From NCBI GenBank assembly GCA_965603825.1, contig CBFDEM010000025.1:248001-312000 (forward strand): a stretch of 64,000 nucleotides of DNA. The letters run 5' to 3'. The translations under genes and the position numbers were made by a program. This stretch comes from Blepharisma stoltei ATCC 30299. Taxonomy: Eukaryota; Protista; Ciliophora. A model generated the notes under the pieces. That model was not told the DNA's origin and did not search any database. It was given only the letters and a program-made list of their open reading frames with translations. This document shows, in pieces, positions 23,072 through 34,402 of the stretch (within the stretch, counting starts at the first letter, position 1; the number at the start of each line of letters is the position of its first letter).

Positions 23072-24535
23072 TTAGTTTTGGTTAATCCCAAGCCAATATT
23101 CTATAGCCGACTGTTCAGTCACTCTTCCTGCTGATACTTCTGGAGGATCAAGAGGATTTGGGTATCTCAAATCTAAATGATGAGCTGCTCCTTCCATCAC
23201 AAAGGCAATAATATTAGGGTTATTTGATTTAGTCACACTTCCAAACTGCCATGGATCTAGTCCTCCATTGCTGAATACAATATTTGATACATCTCTCAAT
23301 GGGATCATAGGGTTTACGTTGGTTCCATAAAAAATATTGGCGTAGTTTATCTGAGGAGTGACTCCCCAAGTCTGCTGGCAATATTGGTTTTCAGCTTGCT
23401 GGTTCCAAGGCTGGTTTCCGAACATTGAGGTTTGTTTAATTCCGCCAATAGGGATATTTAAAGTGCTGCATGATAAATAATCCCATCCATTAGCACTGCC
23501 TAAATTGCCTGTTTGAGTGCCGAAAATGTCATTGCATGTAGATGTGCCTGTATAGTTGTAGTATATGCCTATAGCTTTGAAGGTAGCTTGCAACACTTCC
23601 CATGTGTCTGATATGTTGACATCAGCGTAAGCTTGGCAAGATACATTGACTGGGTGGCCAGGCATAGGATTCAAAAAGTTTGTGGCATATGGGTAGTCAG
23701 TCATTGCCATGTAAGTGAAGGCACTTTGTATGTAGCCAATTAGTTCATCAACATCGCCTTTGGTGATTAAAGCATCACAGGTTTGGAAGGTCATTGATAA
23801 ATTATAGTAAGTTGTCAAGTCTCCTTGGACTTGATATAGATAATCAAATGCTGTGGCCACATAAGCTGTGCATTCTGAAGCTCCTTTTTCTGTATCTGCT
23901 ATTGAGTAATCTCGAGTAATAATTGCGTTGAAGCCATTTGGGTCTGCAGTTCCATTAAAAGCCATAATAGGAGCAGATGCTGCAATTGCACCTAAAACTA
24001 GGTCTGGATATTTGATTCTCATCCATGCTGAAAGCATTCCTCCATAGCTTCCACCAAATACAATAACTGGGGCGTTATTATATTTAGTCTTTAAATAAGT
24101 TATCAAATAAGCATAATCAGCCAATGCTTGATGCGGTGAAAGATACTTAGTATAGCTTGGACTCTGGAAAGATTTGCCTCCAAATGGTAGAGATTGGCCG
24201 AAATATCTATGCTCTGCATACACAACTAGTGCATTTAGTGACTGAGCCAAGTAATCAATAAAGCCTGTATTGTTCATAAAGCTTTCGACTGGAGCTTCAT
24301 TCCCTGTATAGAAGAAAATTGGTCCTTTGCTGCCTCCATTGAGGTAATAGAGGGTCTTGGTAAAGTACCTCATGTTGAAAGTATTTGGCATCGTGGTGTA
24401 ATGATCAACGTAAGTGGTGAAATTAGCCACTGTATAGCCTTGAGGGGTGTACTGGAGAGGACTATATTCGATGTGAGGAATTATTCTTCCTAAGGTGCCA
24501 ATTAGAAATAGGGATAAAGTGGTGACCCAGAACAT
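23072..24535 (-). CDS. Serine peptidase family S28 (prolylcarboxypeptidase/DPP7-like), secreted or lysosomal
   Basis: Signal peptide; PIFFYTGNE, EHRYFGQS, GGSYGG, NGGLDPW, AHHLDL. Confidence 0.96.
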   Translation of the reverse strand: MFWVTTLSLFLIGTLGRIIPHIEYSPLQYTPQGYTVANFTTYVDHYTTMPNTFNMRYFTKTLYYLNGGSKGPIFFYTGNEAPVESFMNNTGFIDYLAQSLNALVVYAEHRYFGQSLPFGGKSFQSPSYTKYLSPHQALADYAYLITYLKTKYNNAPVIVFGGSYGGMLSAWMRIKYPDLVLGAIAASAPIMAFNGTADPNGFNAIITRDYSIADTEKGASECTAYVATAFDYLYQVQGDLTTYYNLSMTFQTCDALITKGDVDELIGYIQSAFTYMAMTDYPYATNFLNPMPGHPVNVSCQAYADVNISDTWEVLQATFKAIGIYYNYTGTSTCNDIFGTQTGNLGSANGWDYLSCSTLNIPIGGIKQTSMFGNQPWNQQAENQYCQQTWGVTPQINYANIFYGTNVNPMIPLRDVSNIVFSNGGLDPWQFGSVTKSNNPNIIAFVMEGAAHHLDLRYPNPLDPPEVSAGRVTEQSAIEYWLGINQN

Positions 24536-24844
24536 ATTTATTCAACAATGAACTTTGAGGGGAAAATATTTAGATTTAAGTTGTTGGTTATTTTTAGGAA
24601 AAAGTGATGATTATTGAAGAGAAGAAATAGTAAAATTGAAGGTAACTGAGATGTGGGCTGTTTACTTATGAGCACGATGCAAAAATCATATTGAGAATAA
24701 AAATTATGAGCGTATATGGGCAATTGGAGATGCAAAAAGAAAATATACCATAATAGAATGCAAACTTTTCGTTTAACTTTTTTTATGATATTAAGATAAA
24801 GTGCAATGTAAAATGGAAGCTGCTAAACAAAATAGAAAACTTTT

Positions 24845-26491
24845 CTAATTATTTAAACAAAACAAATTATCAGACGTATACACAAATTGCACTAACGACA
24901 GCACCCCGCTTCAAAACAACGCACCCAAATTTAACATAAATCCAGAATTTGCTTTGAATCCCATAATTCTTACAGGTCTAACCCTATCATCTTGTTCAAG
25001 CTTATAATACACCGACATAAGCGCTTGATATAAAATGCTATTCTTTGCATCTGTATTTTCTCTTAAATGCAAAATATCATTGCTCAAAGTGACAATTAAA
25101 TCTTTATGCAAATCAAAAGAATCGTTTACTTGTGACCCAACAATAATGATATAAAGTATTTCACTCAAACTTATAAAGCTCAAAAAAATTATTGAAGCCA
25201 ATGCTGCTTTGCTGATTATTACAGAAAAATTCACAGCTCCAAAAAACTGCAAAATAATTCCAAGAATTATAAAAATGCATAAAGGGAGAACTAAAGAGGA
25301 GTAAACAAAGGTTCGATGTGTGTAAGTTCTCCCAAAGTCCAGGCATGCAGCTCTCATATTATATCAGGAATCAATAGTTCTTAAGTCAGTAAAATCCAAT
25401 GAAGGGAGTCGATATTCTTTAGGAAATGACCTATCAAGTTCTTGGCATGAAATTAACGCTGCACATTGCTTCATTAAAAATTTTCGCCTTTTCATATCAA
25501 CAATTCCTACATAAATATATAGAAGGAATCTATTTGTAAAAATAAATGAAATTATCATTGAAAATACAGCATAGGCAACGCCGAAAATCCCTTCCAATGA
25601 ATTATCAAATTGAATTGAAAATAGACTGAGAACTATAGGGAAAAAAGTATAAAGCCCAGCAAAAACATCAATTATTCGCATCTCAATTTTTGATATTGCT
25701 CTATTATTTGATAATTCTATCAAAATCTCAGTCAAAGCTATTGTGGAAATACAATTAGTTTCTTTTTTATTAAACTTAAGACAATGATCCTCACTCTCCT
25801 CATTTTTATTAATTCTTTCTTTTATTTTCATCGGTAATCCACTTTCAAATTTTAAAAATAATGAATTTGGAAACCTATTCAATCGTTTGTAGCTCTTTAA
25901 ATGTTCTTCAATAATTAAATCAGTAGGAATTGTTAACCATGATGCAATTAATAAGTATTTTGTCAAAGATTTTATATCAATTTTTTCATTTCTCATCATT
26001 TTTCAATTTTTCTCAGTATAGTATCCATATTTTATCGAAACTAATAATAGCCGTAGTGTGATTATGGTTGATGTTGATATAATGAGACTTGATGTAGAGC
26101 TAAACTGTTCTGGGAATAAAATAAAATAAATTACCGTAAGGAGTACTCAAAACCATGAGACAAATTCAAATATGTAAAATGGGTGCCAGTTGAAGCCCAT
26201 ATTTGTACATAAGTTGTTTCCAAAGAAAAATCATAAAACAGGAAGAGACGCAGGACCAAATGCAACGTGGATCAAATGGATTGCTAAAGCAATTATGGCG
26301 TGATGGAATATATAATGGACTTCTACCTTCATTTCTTCATCAGGCTCGTTTTTTGTTGCAAAGGTTTCATAATTGTTTAAATCTTGCCATCGAGTTTCAT
26401 CAAGATAGTTAACATTTTCAATAGGTTTTTCTTCTATTTTGAAGGCTTCAAAAGGTTCTGGCAATACAGAAGAAGATGGGCTTACAAACAT
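24845..26491 (-). CDS. PHTF/7TMIC-like multi-pass membrane protein, paralog 2 (548 aa)
   Basis: Three track ORFs joined via TGA=Trp; ends RPVRIMGFKAN..SGVLSLVQF..TAG. Confidence 0.85.
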
Positions 26492-26600
26492 TTTTTATAT
26501 TTTTTACTCCAATTTCTGAATTTTAGCTACACAAATATATGATAATAAAAATATAATTTTTTTCAAGCATTAAAAGATTATACATAAAATATTATTTTCC

Positions 26601-28217
26601 TTACAAATTGGTACCGCGAGCATATCCAATCTGCCATAATGAAGCCAAGCCACTTACGATGAGTGCTCCTAAATTAGCAATAAATTTCGAATTTGCCTTG
26701 AGACCCATAATTTTGATAGGTCTTAGAATTTCATCATGCTGCAGCTTACTATCAATTGAGCACAAGGATTGATAAATTGCATTATTATTAGACTGACTAT
26801 TTTTGCTGATATGCAAAACATCATTGCTTAGTGTGGTAATCAAATCTCGATGGACATCAAACATATCATTTATTTGTGAACCTATAATAGTCATATATGC
26901 AATTCCAATCAAACTAATAAAAGCCAAATAAATTACTGCAATTGTAGCAGGAATGCTTATTATTGATATAATTTCAAACATTTCAAGAATCAATGAAAAA
27001 ATAATCAAAATGCATATAGGGAGAATTGATGAAGCATATATGACTGTTCGATATGTGTATTGCCTTCCAAAATCCAGAAAAGCTGCTCTCATATTATACC
27101 ATGAATCTATACTTTTTAAATCGTAAAAATCTAAACTTGGATACCAATATTCTTCTGGTAAACTTTTGTCCCTTTCCTTAATGCTAATTAATGAGCTGCA
27201 TCGCTTCATTAAAAATTTCCGTCTTTTCATATCAACAATTCCAACATATACATATAAAAGATATCTCCTTGCAATTACGATACAAATTAGAAAAGAATAA
27301 AGCCAATAAATAACTCCAAGAGCTCCAAAATCCCATCCATAATTAATGACAAAAGAAATTATAGGAGCTAGTGCAAAACTCAGAGCAAAAACATCAAGAA
27401 TTCTCGACTCTAATTTAGACATTGAAAACTTGACTGCTAAATCAATTAAAATTTTACTAAAAATGATTGATGGAACACAGTCTTTTGATTTTCTATGATG
27501 CAAAACTTTTACGCGACTATTCTTTATATTGTACAAATCTTTGGTTTTCTCAATCATCTCCTTTATTTTTTCAGGCAGCTCCGATTTAAAAGCCATGCAA
27601 AGCTGACTAGGGTCTCTATTGAGCCTTTTGAAACTTTTCAATAGCTCTTGACGAGCTATATCAGGAGGAATAATCTGCCATGATGACACTATTAATTGAT
27701 CAACCAACATTTTGGCTGGAATTTTTTCTGATTTCATATAGTTCCAAAATTCTTCTGTGTAGTAGCCATACTTAATTGATATAAGCAGTTCTTTTATAAA
27801 AATGGCTGAAGAAGTCGCCAAAATTATGCTAGAAGAGTTGCTAAATTCTGTGTATGATAAGAAATAATATAATATTGTTAAGGGAATCCAAGTCCAGGGT
27901 ATAAGTTCATATATATAAAACTGGTGCCAGTTGAAACCCATGTTTGTGCACAAGTTTTTTCCACAAACTAGCCATAAAAAGGGGATTGAAATTGGACCCA
28001 AAAAAGTATGTAAAAAATGAATTACCAAAGCTATAAATGCCTGATGGAAAATATATTCAATTTCTGTTTTCATTTCTTCAGTGCACTCGAAATTATCAGT
28101 CTCGCTCTCATTTTTTTCAGCTTGAGTCCAAATATTCTCATCTAAAATATTAGAGTTTTCTTCTGATTTTATAACTTCAAAAGTATCAGGCAAAGGCATT
28201 ACTCTTTCTGATTTCAT
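26601..28217 (-). CDS. PHTF/7TMIC-like multi-pass membrane protein, paralog 3 (538 aa)
   Basis: Uninterrupted ORF; first ATG at 28217; shared NMGFxW, KYGYYTE, GIVDMKRRKFLM, IDSWYNMR, RPIKIMGLKAN motifs. Confidence 0.88.
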   Translation of the reverse strand: MKSERVMPLPDTFEVIKSEENSNILDENIWTQAEKNESETDNFECTEEMKTEIEYIFHQAFIALVIHFLHTFLGPISIPFLWLVCGKNLCTNMGFNWHQFYIYELIPWTWIPLTILYYFLSYTEFSNSSSIILATSSAIFIKELLISIKYGYYTEEFWNYMKSEKIPAKMLVDQLIVSSWQIIPPDIARQELLKSFKRLNRDPSQLCMAFKSELPEKIKEMIEKTKDLYNIKNSRVKVLHHRKSKDCVPSIIFSKILIDLAVKFSMSKLESRILDVFALSFALAPIISFVINYGWDFGALGVIYWLYSFLICIVIARRYLLYVYVGIVDMKRRKFLMKRCSSLISIKERDKSLPEEYWYPSLDFYDLKSIDSWYNMRAAFLDFGRQYTYRTVIYASSILPICILIIFSLILEMFEIISIISIPATIAVIYLAFISLIGIAYMTIIGSQINDMFDVHRDLITTLSNDVLHISKNSQSNNNAIYQSLCSIDSKLQHDEILRPIKIMGLKANSKFIANLGALIVSGLASLWQIGYARGTNL

Positions 28218-28320
28218 TAATTCCACTATATAAAATATGAATTTTAATTATAAATTTTAGCTCAATCCATTTATTAATTATTTTATCTACTACCCACTTA
28301 ATTCAATTCCCATTAAGAGA

Positions 28321-30813
28321 TTAATTATTTGGCTGCTGATTAGCGGCAGCTCCAAGCATTCCTTGAGCAGTGTTGAAAAGATTAATTGGATTTTCAGTAT
28401 CACACAGCATGTATCCAGTAAGTCCCAATCCTCCCAATAACTCTGCCTGCATCTTTGGTCCAGCTTCAGAAATGGCGACCAGTGTATCACTTCCAATGCT
28501 TCTAATGATACCTTTGAATTTTTCGCTCTCAATCTCTGCTAGTCTTCTTGCTTTAGTGATTTCAAGGTCATCGATTTTCCTTTGATATTCAATTTCAAGA
28601 CTTTGCTTTTCTTTGGTATGGTTGATTTCGTTTTCTCTCTTTAATTTTTCTGCGCGTGAGTTCAGCTCAGCTGCATCTTTTTTGCTTTGAGCTTCAATTC
28701 TATTCTTTTCAGTCATAGCCTTGGCTGTTGCAGTAGCAATACCTTCGCTTTCCACATTTTCAGTTTGGCTTTTCAGTAAATATAGTTTATTGTTCTCGGC
28801 TTCTACCTTCAACTGGCCTTCAATTCTCAGCTTCTCCAGCTGTCCTTCAGCTTCTTGAGCTTGCCTTTCTGATGCATGTCTAGCCTTAGCTTCTTCAGTT
28901 TGAGTTGTAATTTCAATAGCCATGGTAACAGACTCTTGTAGTCTTTCCTTAGTTTGACGATCGACAGGCTCTACAGACTGAATATCCACATTAGTCAAGA
29001 CCAAATTATTTTCATCGAATTTGAAATCGTCATTAACATGTCCTGACTCATCAAGTCCAAATACAGATTTTCTGATAATTCTTGCAGATTCTCTATGGAA
29101 TTGGTCAAAAGATGCCCCAGCAACTGCTCCTCTTACTCTGGAAGCCATGAAATTGCAGAGGTTTCCGACGAAGTCACGGACCTTGAAGACTTGCTTGTGA
29201 GTTTCCTCATCACTTTTGTCGATGTTGAATTTCCAGTTATAAGAAAGCTGCAGGCGGAGACGACAATGATCTGATGTATCGACTTCTATGATGTCAGTAC
29301 TGAAATCAGGGCCGAGCATTAAATGCAGAGTTTTAATTACGCCGACACGTTTTGGCTTACCACCTGACAAGATGTTGACTGTAAACTGTTCATCTGGAGA
29401 AAGCATGACAAGGTTTGGTCCTAGCACTGTGCGAGATACCTTTGACTTGTAATCGTAGACTTGGACAATAGAGTTTGCAGGGCATTTATAAGTGACAACT
29501 CTAGTTTTATTCGTTCTAGCTTGGCCTTGTTGGCTTAGAAGTTCTTCAACGACGTCACTGAGTTCCATCTCCCATAGTTCTTCATGAGGCTTAAGCATGT
29601 AGCTCTTACCAATTTCTGATCTCACCTGTCCGGATTTGATGTCTCTGACATAAATTCCTTCATTAATATGCAAAGGTATTGCTTTTCTTACTTCCAAAAT
29701 TTCTACCTGAGTAGGTGGCATATATGAGCAAGGCCCATAAATCATCCATCTGTCTCCAGGTTTTCTGTCTTCTCCTTCACTGTGAAGTCCTTCTTTCGCT
29801 CTCAACAGTAAAGCTTCATCGTCAGCTAAGATGTATTTATTTTTAATTCCGCCTTCTAAACTTTCACCAGGAATTAAGAAAAAGCTTCTTTCACCCCAGC
29901 GTTGTTCTTTGAAACCATAGCGATTTGTCCCAAGTTCTTTATCAAAAGGATCTAAGACAACGCAGTATTGATTTTTATCCAGAACTGTAATTTTCACATC
30001 TCCAATGAATTCTTCATAAACGTCAATTATATGAAGTGGGCTCATTTCTGAAGTCACAAGCCATTCTTCTCCTGCTTTTCTTTTAATTCCATAAACATCA
30101 ATAAATGCTCTAGTGGCTCTAACAGCTATAGCTTTATAGTCAGTAAGAATTTTGGCTTCAAGAGTTTCGATGACAGTTTCATAAACTCCTGGTAGGTAAG
30201 CACCAGGTGTTCTGATAAGCCAATCTTCACCTGCTTTTCTGATATTTCCTTCGATATCAGTCAATTCTCTTTGAGCTCTGAGCTTTAAGGCTTGATTTAC
30301 TTTGATTTTTTTGGCTTCAACTTCTCTTACTACTCTTTCTTCGATTCTTGGATAATAAGTCCCTGGACCTTTGAAGTACCACAAATCACCTGGCTGCCTT
30401 TTATTTTCTTCTTCATCTGTGAAAGCTCTTTCAGATTCTATTAAAAGAGCTGTATCAGGAGCTACAACACGAAGCGCAGTGACCCTTCCAATGATTTCTT
30501 CACGAGGGTATAGAGGGAATGGATCTGGATAATCCTCATGGAATCTGATTTCTTGATCTCCATGGCGAACATTCACTTGTCCGTACTTATCAATGCTCAG
30601 TGATTTATCTGGATTTCTGATGACAGGGTTGTTTATTACTGCAAAAGATCTCGGAGGAATTGAAGTCATTGGAACTGGGTCTTTGCCAGTGACTACCTTT
30701 TCGTGGTCTTGTTTGATAAAAATCTTAGGACCAACATCAAGACGCGTGACGTTAGAGTTAGTGTCAAGGACATGGATGAAATGGTGAGGAGGAATTCGGA
30801 TAATGTTTGCCAT
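28321..30813 (-). CDS. MVP: Major vault protein
   Basis: IRIPPHHFIHVLDTNSNVTR start, vault repeats (GDLW, GEDWL, GEEWL, GDRWMIYGP), LGPDFSTD shoulder, coiled-coil cap, NPINLFNTAQGMLG. Confidence 0.97.
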   Translation of the reverse strand: MANIIRIPPHHFIHVLDTNSNVTRLDVGPKIFIKQDHEKVVTGKDPVPMTSIPPRSFAVINNPVIRNPDKSLSIDKYGQVNVRHGDQEIRFHEDYPDPFPLYPREEIIGRVTALRVVAPDTALLIESERAFTDEEENKRQPGDLWYFKGPGTYYPRIEERVVREVEAKKIKVNQALKLRAQRELTDIEGNIRKAGEDWLIRTPGAYLPGVYETVIETLEAKILTDYKAIAVRATRAFIDVYGIKRKAGEEWLVTSEMSPLHIIDVYEEFIGDVKITVLDKNQYCVVLDPFDKELGTNRYGFKEQRWGERSFFLIPGESLEGGIKNKYILADDEALLLRAKEGLHSEGEDRKPGDRWMIYGPCSYMPPTQVEILEVRKAIPLHINEGIYVRDIKSGQVRSEIGKSYMLKPHEELWEMELSDVVEELLSQQGQARTNKTRVVTYKCPANSIVQVYDYKSKVSRTVLGPNLVMLSPDEQFTVNILSGGKPKRVGVIKTLHLMLGPDFSTDIIEVDTSDHCRLRLQLSYNWKFNIDKSDEETHKQVFKVRDFVGNLCNFMASRVRGAVAGASFDQFHRESARIIRKSVFGLDESGHVNDDFKFDENNLVLTNVDIQSVEPVDRQTKERLQESVTMAIEITTQTEEAKARHASERQAQEAEGQLEKLRIEGQLKVEAENNKLYLLKSQTENVESEGIATATAKAMTEKNRIEAQSKKDAAELNSRAEKLKRENEINHTKEKQSLEIEYQRKIDDLEITKARRLAEIESEKFKGIIRSIGSDTLVAISEAGPKMQAELLGGLGLTGYMLCDTENPINLFNTAQGMLGAAANQQPNN

Positions 30814-31363
30814 TAATTATAAACTGTTACATAGACTGATAAATGGAATAGTTGGAGGGAATTATTAGGGAAATTAAATATTAAAAAGATATTTAGGACC
30901 TGACGCACAATAAAAAAAGACCTCGAACTAAAGGAATTTTTATAAATATTTTTTATAGGTTAAACAATTAGTTGGTCAGAATTTTTCAAAAAAGATAGGA
31001 TGAGCCAAATATAATAAAAATTAAGCGTTATTTTAATAGATTTATCTTAAAATGCAAATTATTCTTAAACTTTCTTAGTATGGCAGTTTCCTTGTTAAGA
31101 AAATTCACCTTGTGAAGCATCCATTTTTTCAGAAGCAATCAAATCTATATTAGTAAATTATATTGAATATAAATATTTATACTTATGAATGTTTTAAGAT
31201 GCATTTTATGCTAATATATTAAAAAAGATTAGATAGGATTTTATATAAAATAATTTTTTCTTGCATAATTAAATGAATAACAGAAAAGTGTTATCTCATT
31301 AATACAGTAAATTTGTTCATTAAATTAAGCCTCAATATATATTTTTTCAAATTTTATTTACGA

Positions 31364-31684
31364 CTATGCTAATGTTTTTACTTTTGTTTCAATCCTAGTT
31401 GTCATTTCTTCCAAAAAATCAACTGAGCTTTCCAGCTGATCTAAAACATCTTTTAACCCCTCTATCTCTTTTACAACCTCCTCTGATAGCTGATACTCAT
31501 TAATCACACTTTTCAAATTCTCTTCGATATTCTCTACATCTTCAATTAATCCTTTATATTTCCCATTGGCAATATCATTCATTTTCCCTATCAGCTCCAA
31601 ATTTAAGTTGCTTTCCAAACATTCCATTCTCGTCGCCCTCAGAAATTCCCTCACAAAACTTTTAGGTACTGATTCACTTTCCAT
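31364..31684 (-). CDS. BLOC-1 subunit 2-like coiled-coil protein
   Basis: LIGKMN..KY..LESSVDFLEE..IETK pattern and 106-aa size match BLOC1S2 from memory. Confidence 0.65.
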   Translation of the reverse strand: MESESVPKSFVREFLRATRMECLESNLNLELIGKMNDIANGKYKGLIEDVENIEENLKSVINEYQLSEEVVKEIEGLKDVLDQLESSVDFLEEMTTRIETKVKTLA

Positions 31685-31698
31685 TATTATCTAAATAG

Positions 31699-32163
31699 TT
31701 ATTTATTTTCGTCTTTAATCCCAAGCAAAAACTTTGCAAATTTTTCTATATTAACTTTTCCACTGTTTTCTGGGTCAGCGGCTTTTACCATTTCGTCACA
31801 ATCTGCTTCATTCATCCTTTCTCCCATCCTGCATATATAGTATCGAAATTCAGGGACTGGGATGTTTCCTTCACCTTCTCTATCAAGTAGTCTAAAAGCA
31901 GCTAAAAGTTCATCTAAAGTATCAGAATCCACCTTTTTGCGTGAATAAATTTTAACGAATTGGTCATATGTCAGAGTTCCTGAGCCATCTCTGTCAAACT
32001 CTGTTATGAAATCCACGATTTCGCTTTCTAAAGGGTTTAGCTTGAGAGCACGAAGACTGGGGCCTAGCATATTGGTAGGTATTGTTTGAGCAGCTGTGTT
32101 TCCGTAGATTAAAATAACGTCTTTTACGTCGCTTTCTTCTTGGGCTGTCAGTTTCACAGACAT
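31699..32163 (-). CDS. Calmodulin/myosin light chain-like EF-hand protein
   Basis: LRALKLNP, DRDGSGTLTYDQF, AFRLLDREGEG, DPENSGKVNIEKF. Confidence 0.9.
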   Translation of the reverse strand: MSVKLTAQEESDVKDVILIYGNTAAQTIPTNMLGPSLRALKLNPLESEIVDFITEFDRDGSGTLTYDQFVKIYSRKKVDSDTLDELLAAFRLLDREGEGNIPVPEFRYYICRMGERMNEADCDEMVKAADPENSGKVNIEKFAKFLLGIKDENK

Positions 32164-32275
32164 TTAAATATTGGAAAAATGAAGCAATATCAAAATAATA
32201 GCAAAATTATTTTAAATACACTGACATAAAAGCTTCAGCAAATAATAAGGGCATAGTTTAATTAAAAAAATTTTG

Positions 32276-33109
32276 ATGTTTTATAACAACGAAAAACTCT
32301 CACGAGAGTTAAAATACTCCAACAGTGTGCAGTCGATTAGAGCTTCAGGCCCAGCTAATGTTGAAAAAAAAATCAAAAGGCTAAGCGACAAACTAGATAA
32401 AGGAAAATTTTTAAAACTTGCAGATATATCCACAGGAAATTCAAGAGAAATCTCCAATCCTTTTGAAAGAAGACAAACACCCCATTTATCGACGATTTCA
32501 TCGTCGATTTTGCCTCAAAAAGTTTCACTGACACCGGTAAATAATTTTTTCCAGTCAAGAAACAAAAGCCCATTTCTCCTTAATAGGAGTACTATTCAAA
32601 AGAAGACTGAGCTTGACGAACAGGTTAGTATAAAGCCTGAAAGAAAATTACTTGTGGACAGAAAAGAACAAAGGACAATTACGCAGATTATAGATGAGTT
32701 TGATGTTACATGAAATAAAAGTCCGAAACGACTACAGGAAAATAGCTGCATGCCGAATATGTCTTATCTGTCATCTTGCAACCAACATAAATTATCGTGA
32801 GATCTATTTAGAGTGCCTAATCATAAGATATGCAAATCCCGTATCATTTTGAAAAAATCACAAGGGCTAACTGCAGAAAAATTTGCACAAATTGATAAAG
32901 AATTTAGAAGGAAAGAAAACTTTTTGAAAAAAATGGAAAATTTAGTTGTAGACTTCAGCTCAAAAACAAAGCAAATGAAAAAATTTAAATTTCGTGAAAA
33001 AAGAACTATTATTTCTCAAAGCTTCGAGGAATTTACAAATTCATTAGATAAATTTGCAAAAGAAGGAATTAAGGAATATCAAATTCCAGTGTATGAAAAA
33101 TATGAGTAA
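32276..33109 (+). CDS. Hypothetical basic protein (277 aa)
   Basis: Two track ORFs join in frame through two TGA codons. Confidence 0.75.
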
Positions 33110-33301
33110 ACTCATATCTTTTAAACATTTTAATCAATAATTTTGATATTATCTATATGGAAATTAACTAAAGATAAAAAGGTATTACATTTTCAGCCAA
33201 TGACAAATGTTTTGCTAACCAAGAAGGCGATTTTTATGAAATTGCCAGATATTATTTAAGTATTTTTAAGGATTTATTTTAATATCATTAATAAAATAAA
33301 T

Positions 33302-34393
33302 ATGCTTTGGTGTATTTGCTTTTACAGCTGCCTCTGCTGTTGTGATAGTGCTTTTTGCATGTGAATTAACTCACTTTACTATTTTCGCTATAAAACTCGG
33401 ACAATTATATTCTGGCTATTCCTAAATTATATGATAGTTAAATATTTCGCGCCTGGAGGTCAATTTTCAGATTTAATTGATATTACTGGCCTTTTCCCAA
33501 GTTTGCTTTCAGGAGATTTCTTTTTATATAGATGACTTTCATACACTGGGGAATTTATATTTTACTACTCAAAGTTTCATTATTTCTGGACAGGATTATT
33601 AGCTGCTTTGGGATTTATAAAATCTTCAAATCATCCATATGCTAAACTGAAGAACTCTCTATTTATTATTTTTTGAAATATTTTATTTATGTATACATTT
33701 CTGGATCGTGATTCATGAACAAATAATTTGTGTACCCTAATAGTTCCTGCTTGTTTACTTTTATGAGCTGCAATATATTTTGGCTTAAACGCAAATAGCA
33801 GTTGGCAGGTTAGCAACAATTCATTTTTCCTCACTTTTTGGTGACTTTTTGACATATTTTGGCTGATTTTTATCACATCTCTTTCATCTTTTAGGAATTC
33901 TTATGACTCATTAAGCGACGAGTTACTGGCTTTGGCATTTTATGTTCTATGGATTTGCTTTGATAATATCATATCGTTTTTCCTTTCAATTGTAATTTTA
34001 TGAATATTTGGATGGTGATGCATAGTGATTGTAAATCAATTAGAGGAAAATTCATATGCCAAAGCTAGCAGAGGAAAAGGTAAGAAGGAGGTTGTGAATT
34101 TTGTATTGAGAGAATTAGAAGGGATTTGGGGGTTAATTTTGATACATATTGGGATGCTTGCTTCCTACTATATATTAAGTTATTTTTATCATTGTCCATT
34201 CCTGGTTTCTGAAGGATTTATTATGCTTTCTTGTGCAGTCTTATCATATTCTTTGGGATTTGGTTCAGAAGAGGACGGTCGAAACTATTTTGGAGGGTTT
34301 ATGAGAGATATATCACAGAATCAAGTTAATGATTTTATCACAATATATCTAGAAGTCTTTTTATTTAGGACTTTAATTAATTTTATGACTTAA
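33302..34393 (+). CDS. Trp/Phe-rich polytopic membrane protein (363 aa) with Cys-rich N-terminus
   Basis: Open from ATG 33302 to TAA with TGA=Trp (8 TGA); many hydrophobic helices. Confidence 0.75.
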
Positions 34394-34402
34394 AATTATT
34401 AC

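Noticed and set aside
33157-33300. Upstream extension of the 33302 membrane gene
   Set aside because: The frames checked hit TAA quickly and no GT..AG 15/16-mer links them
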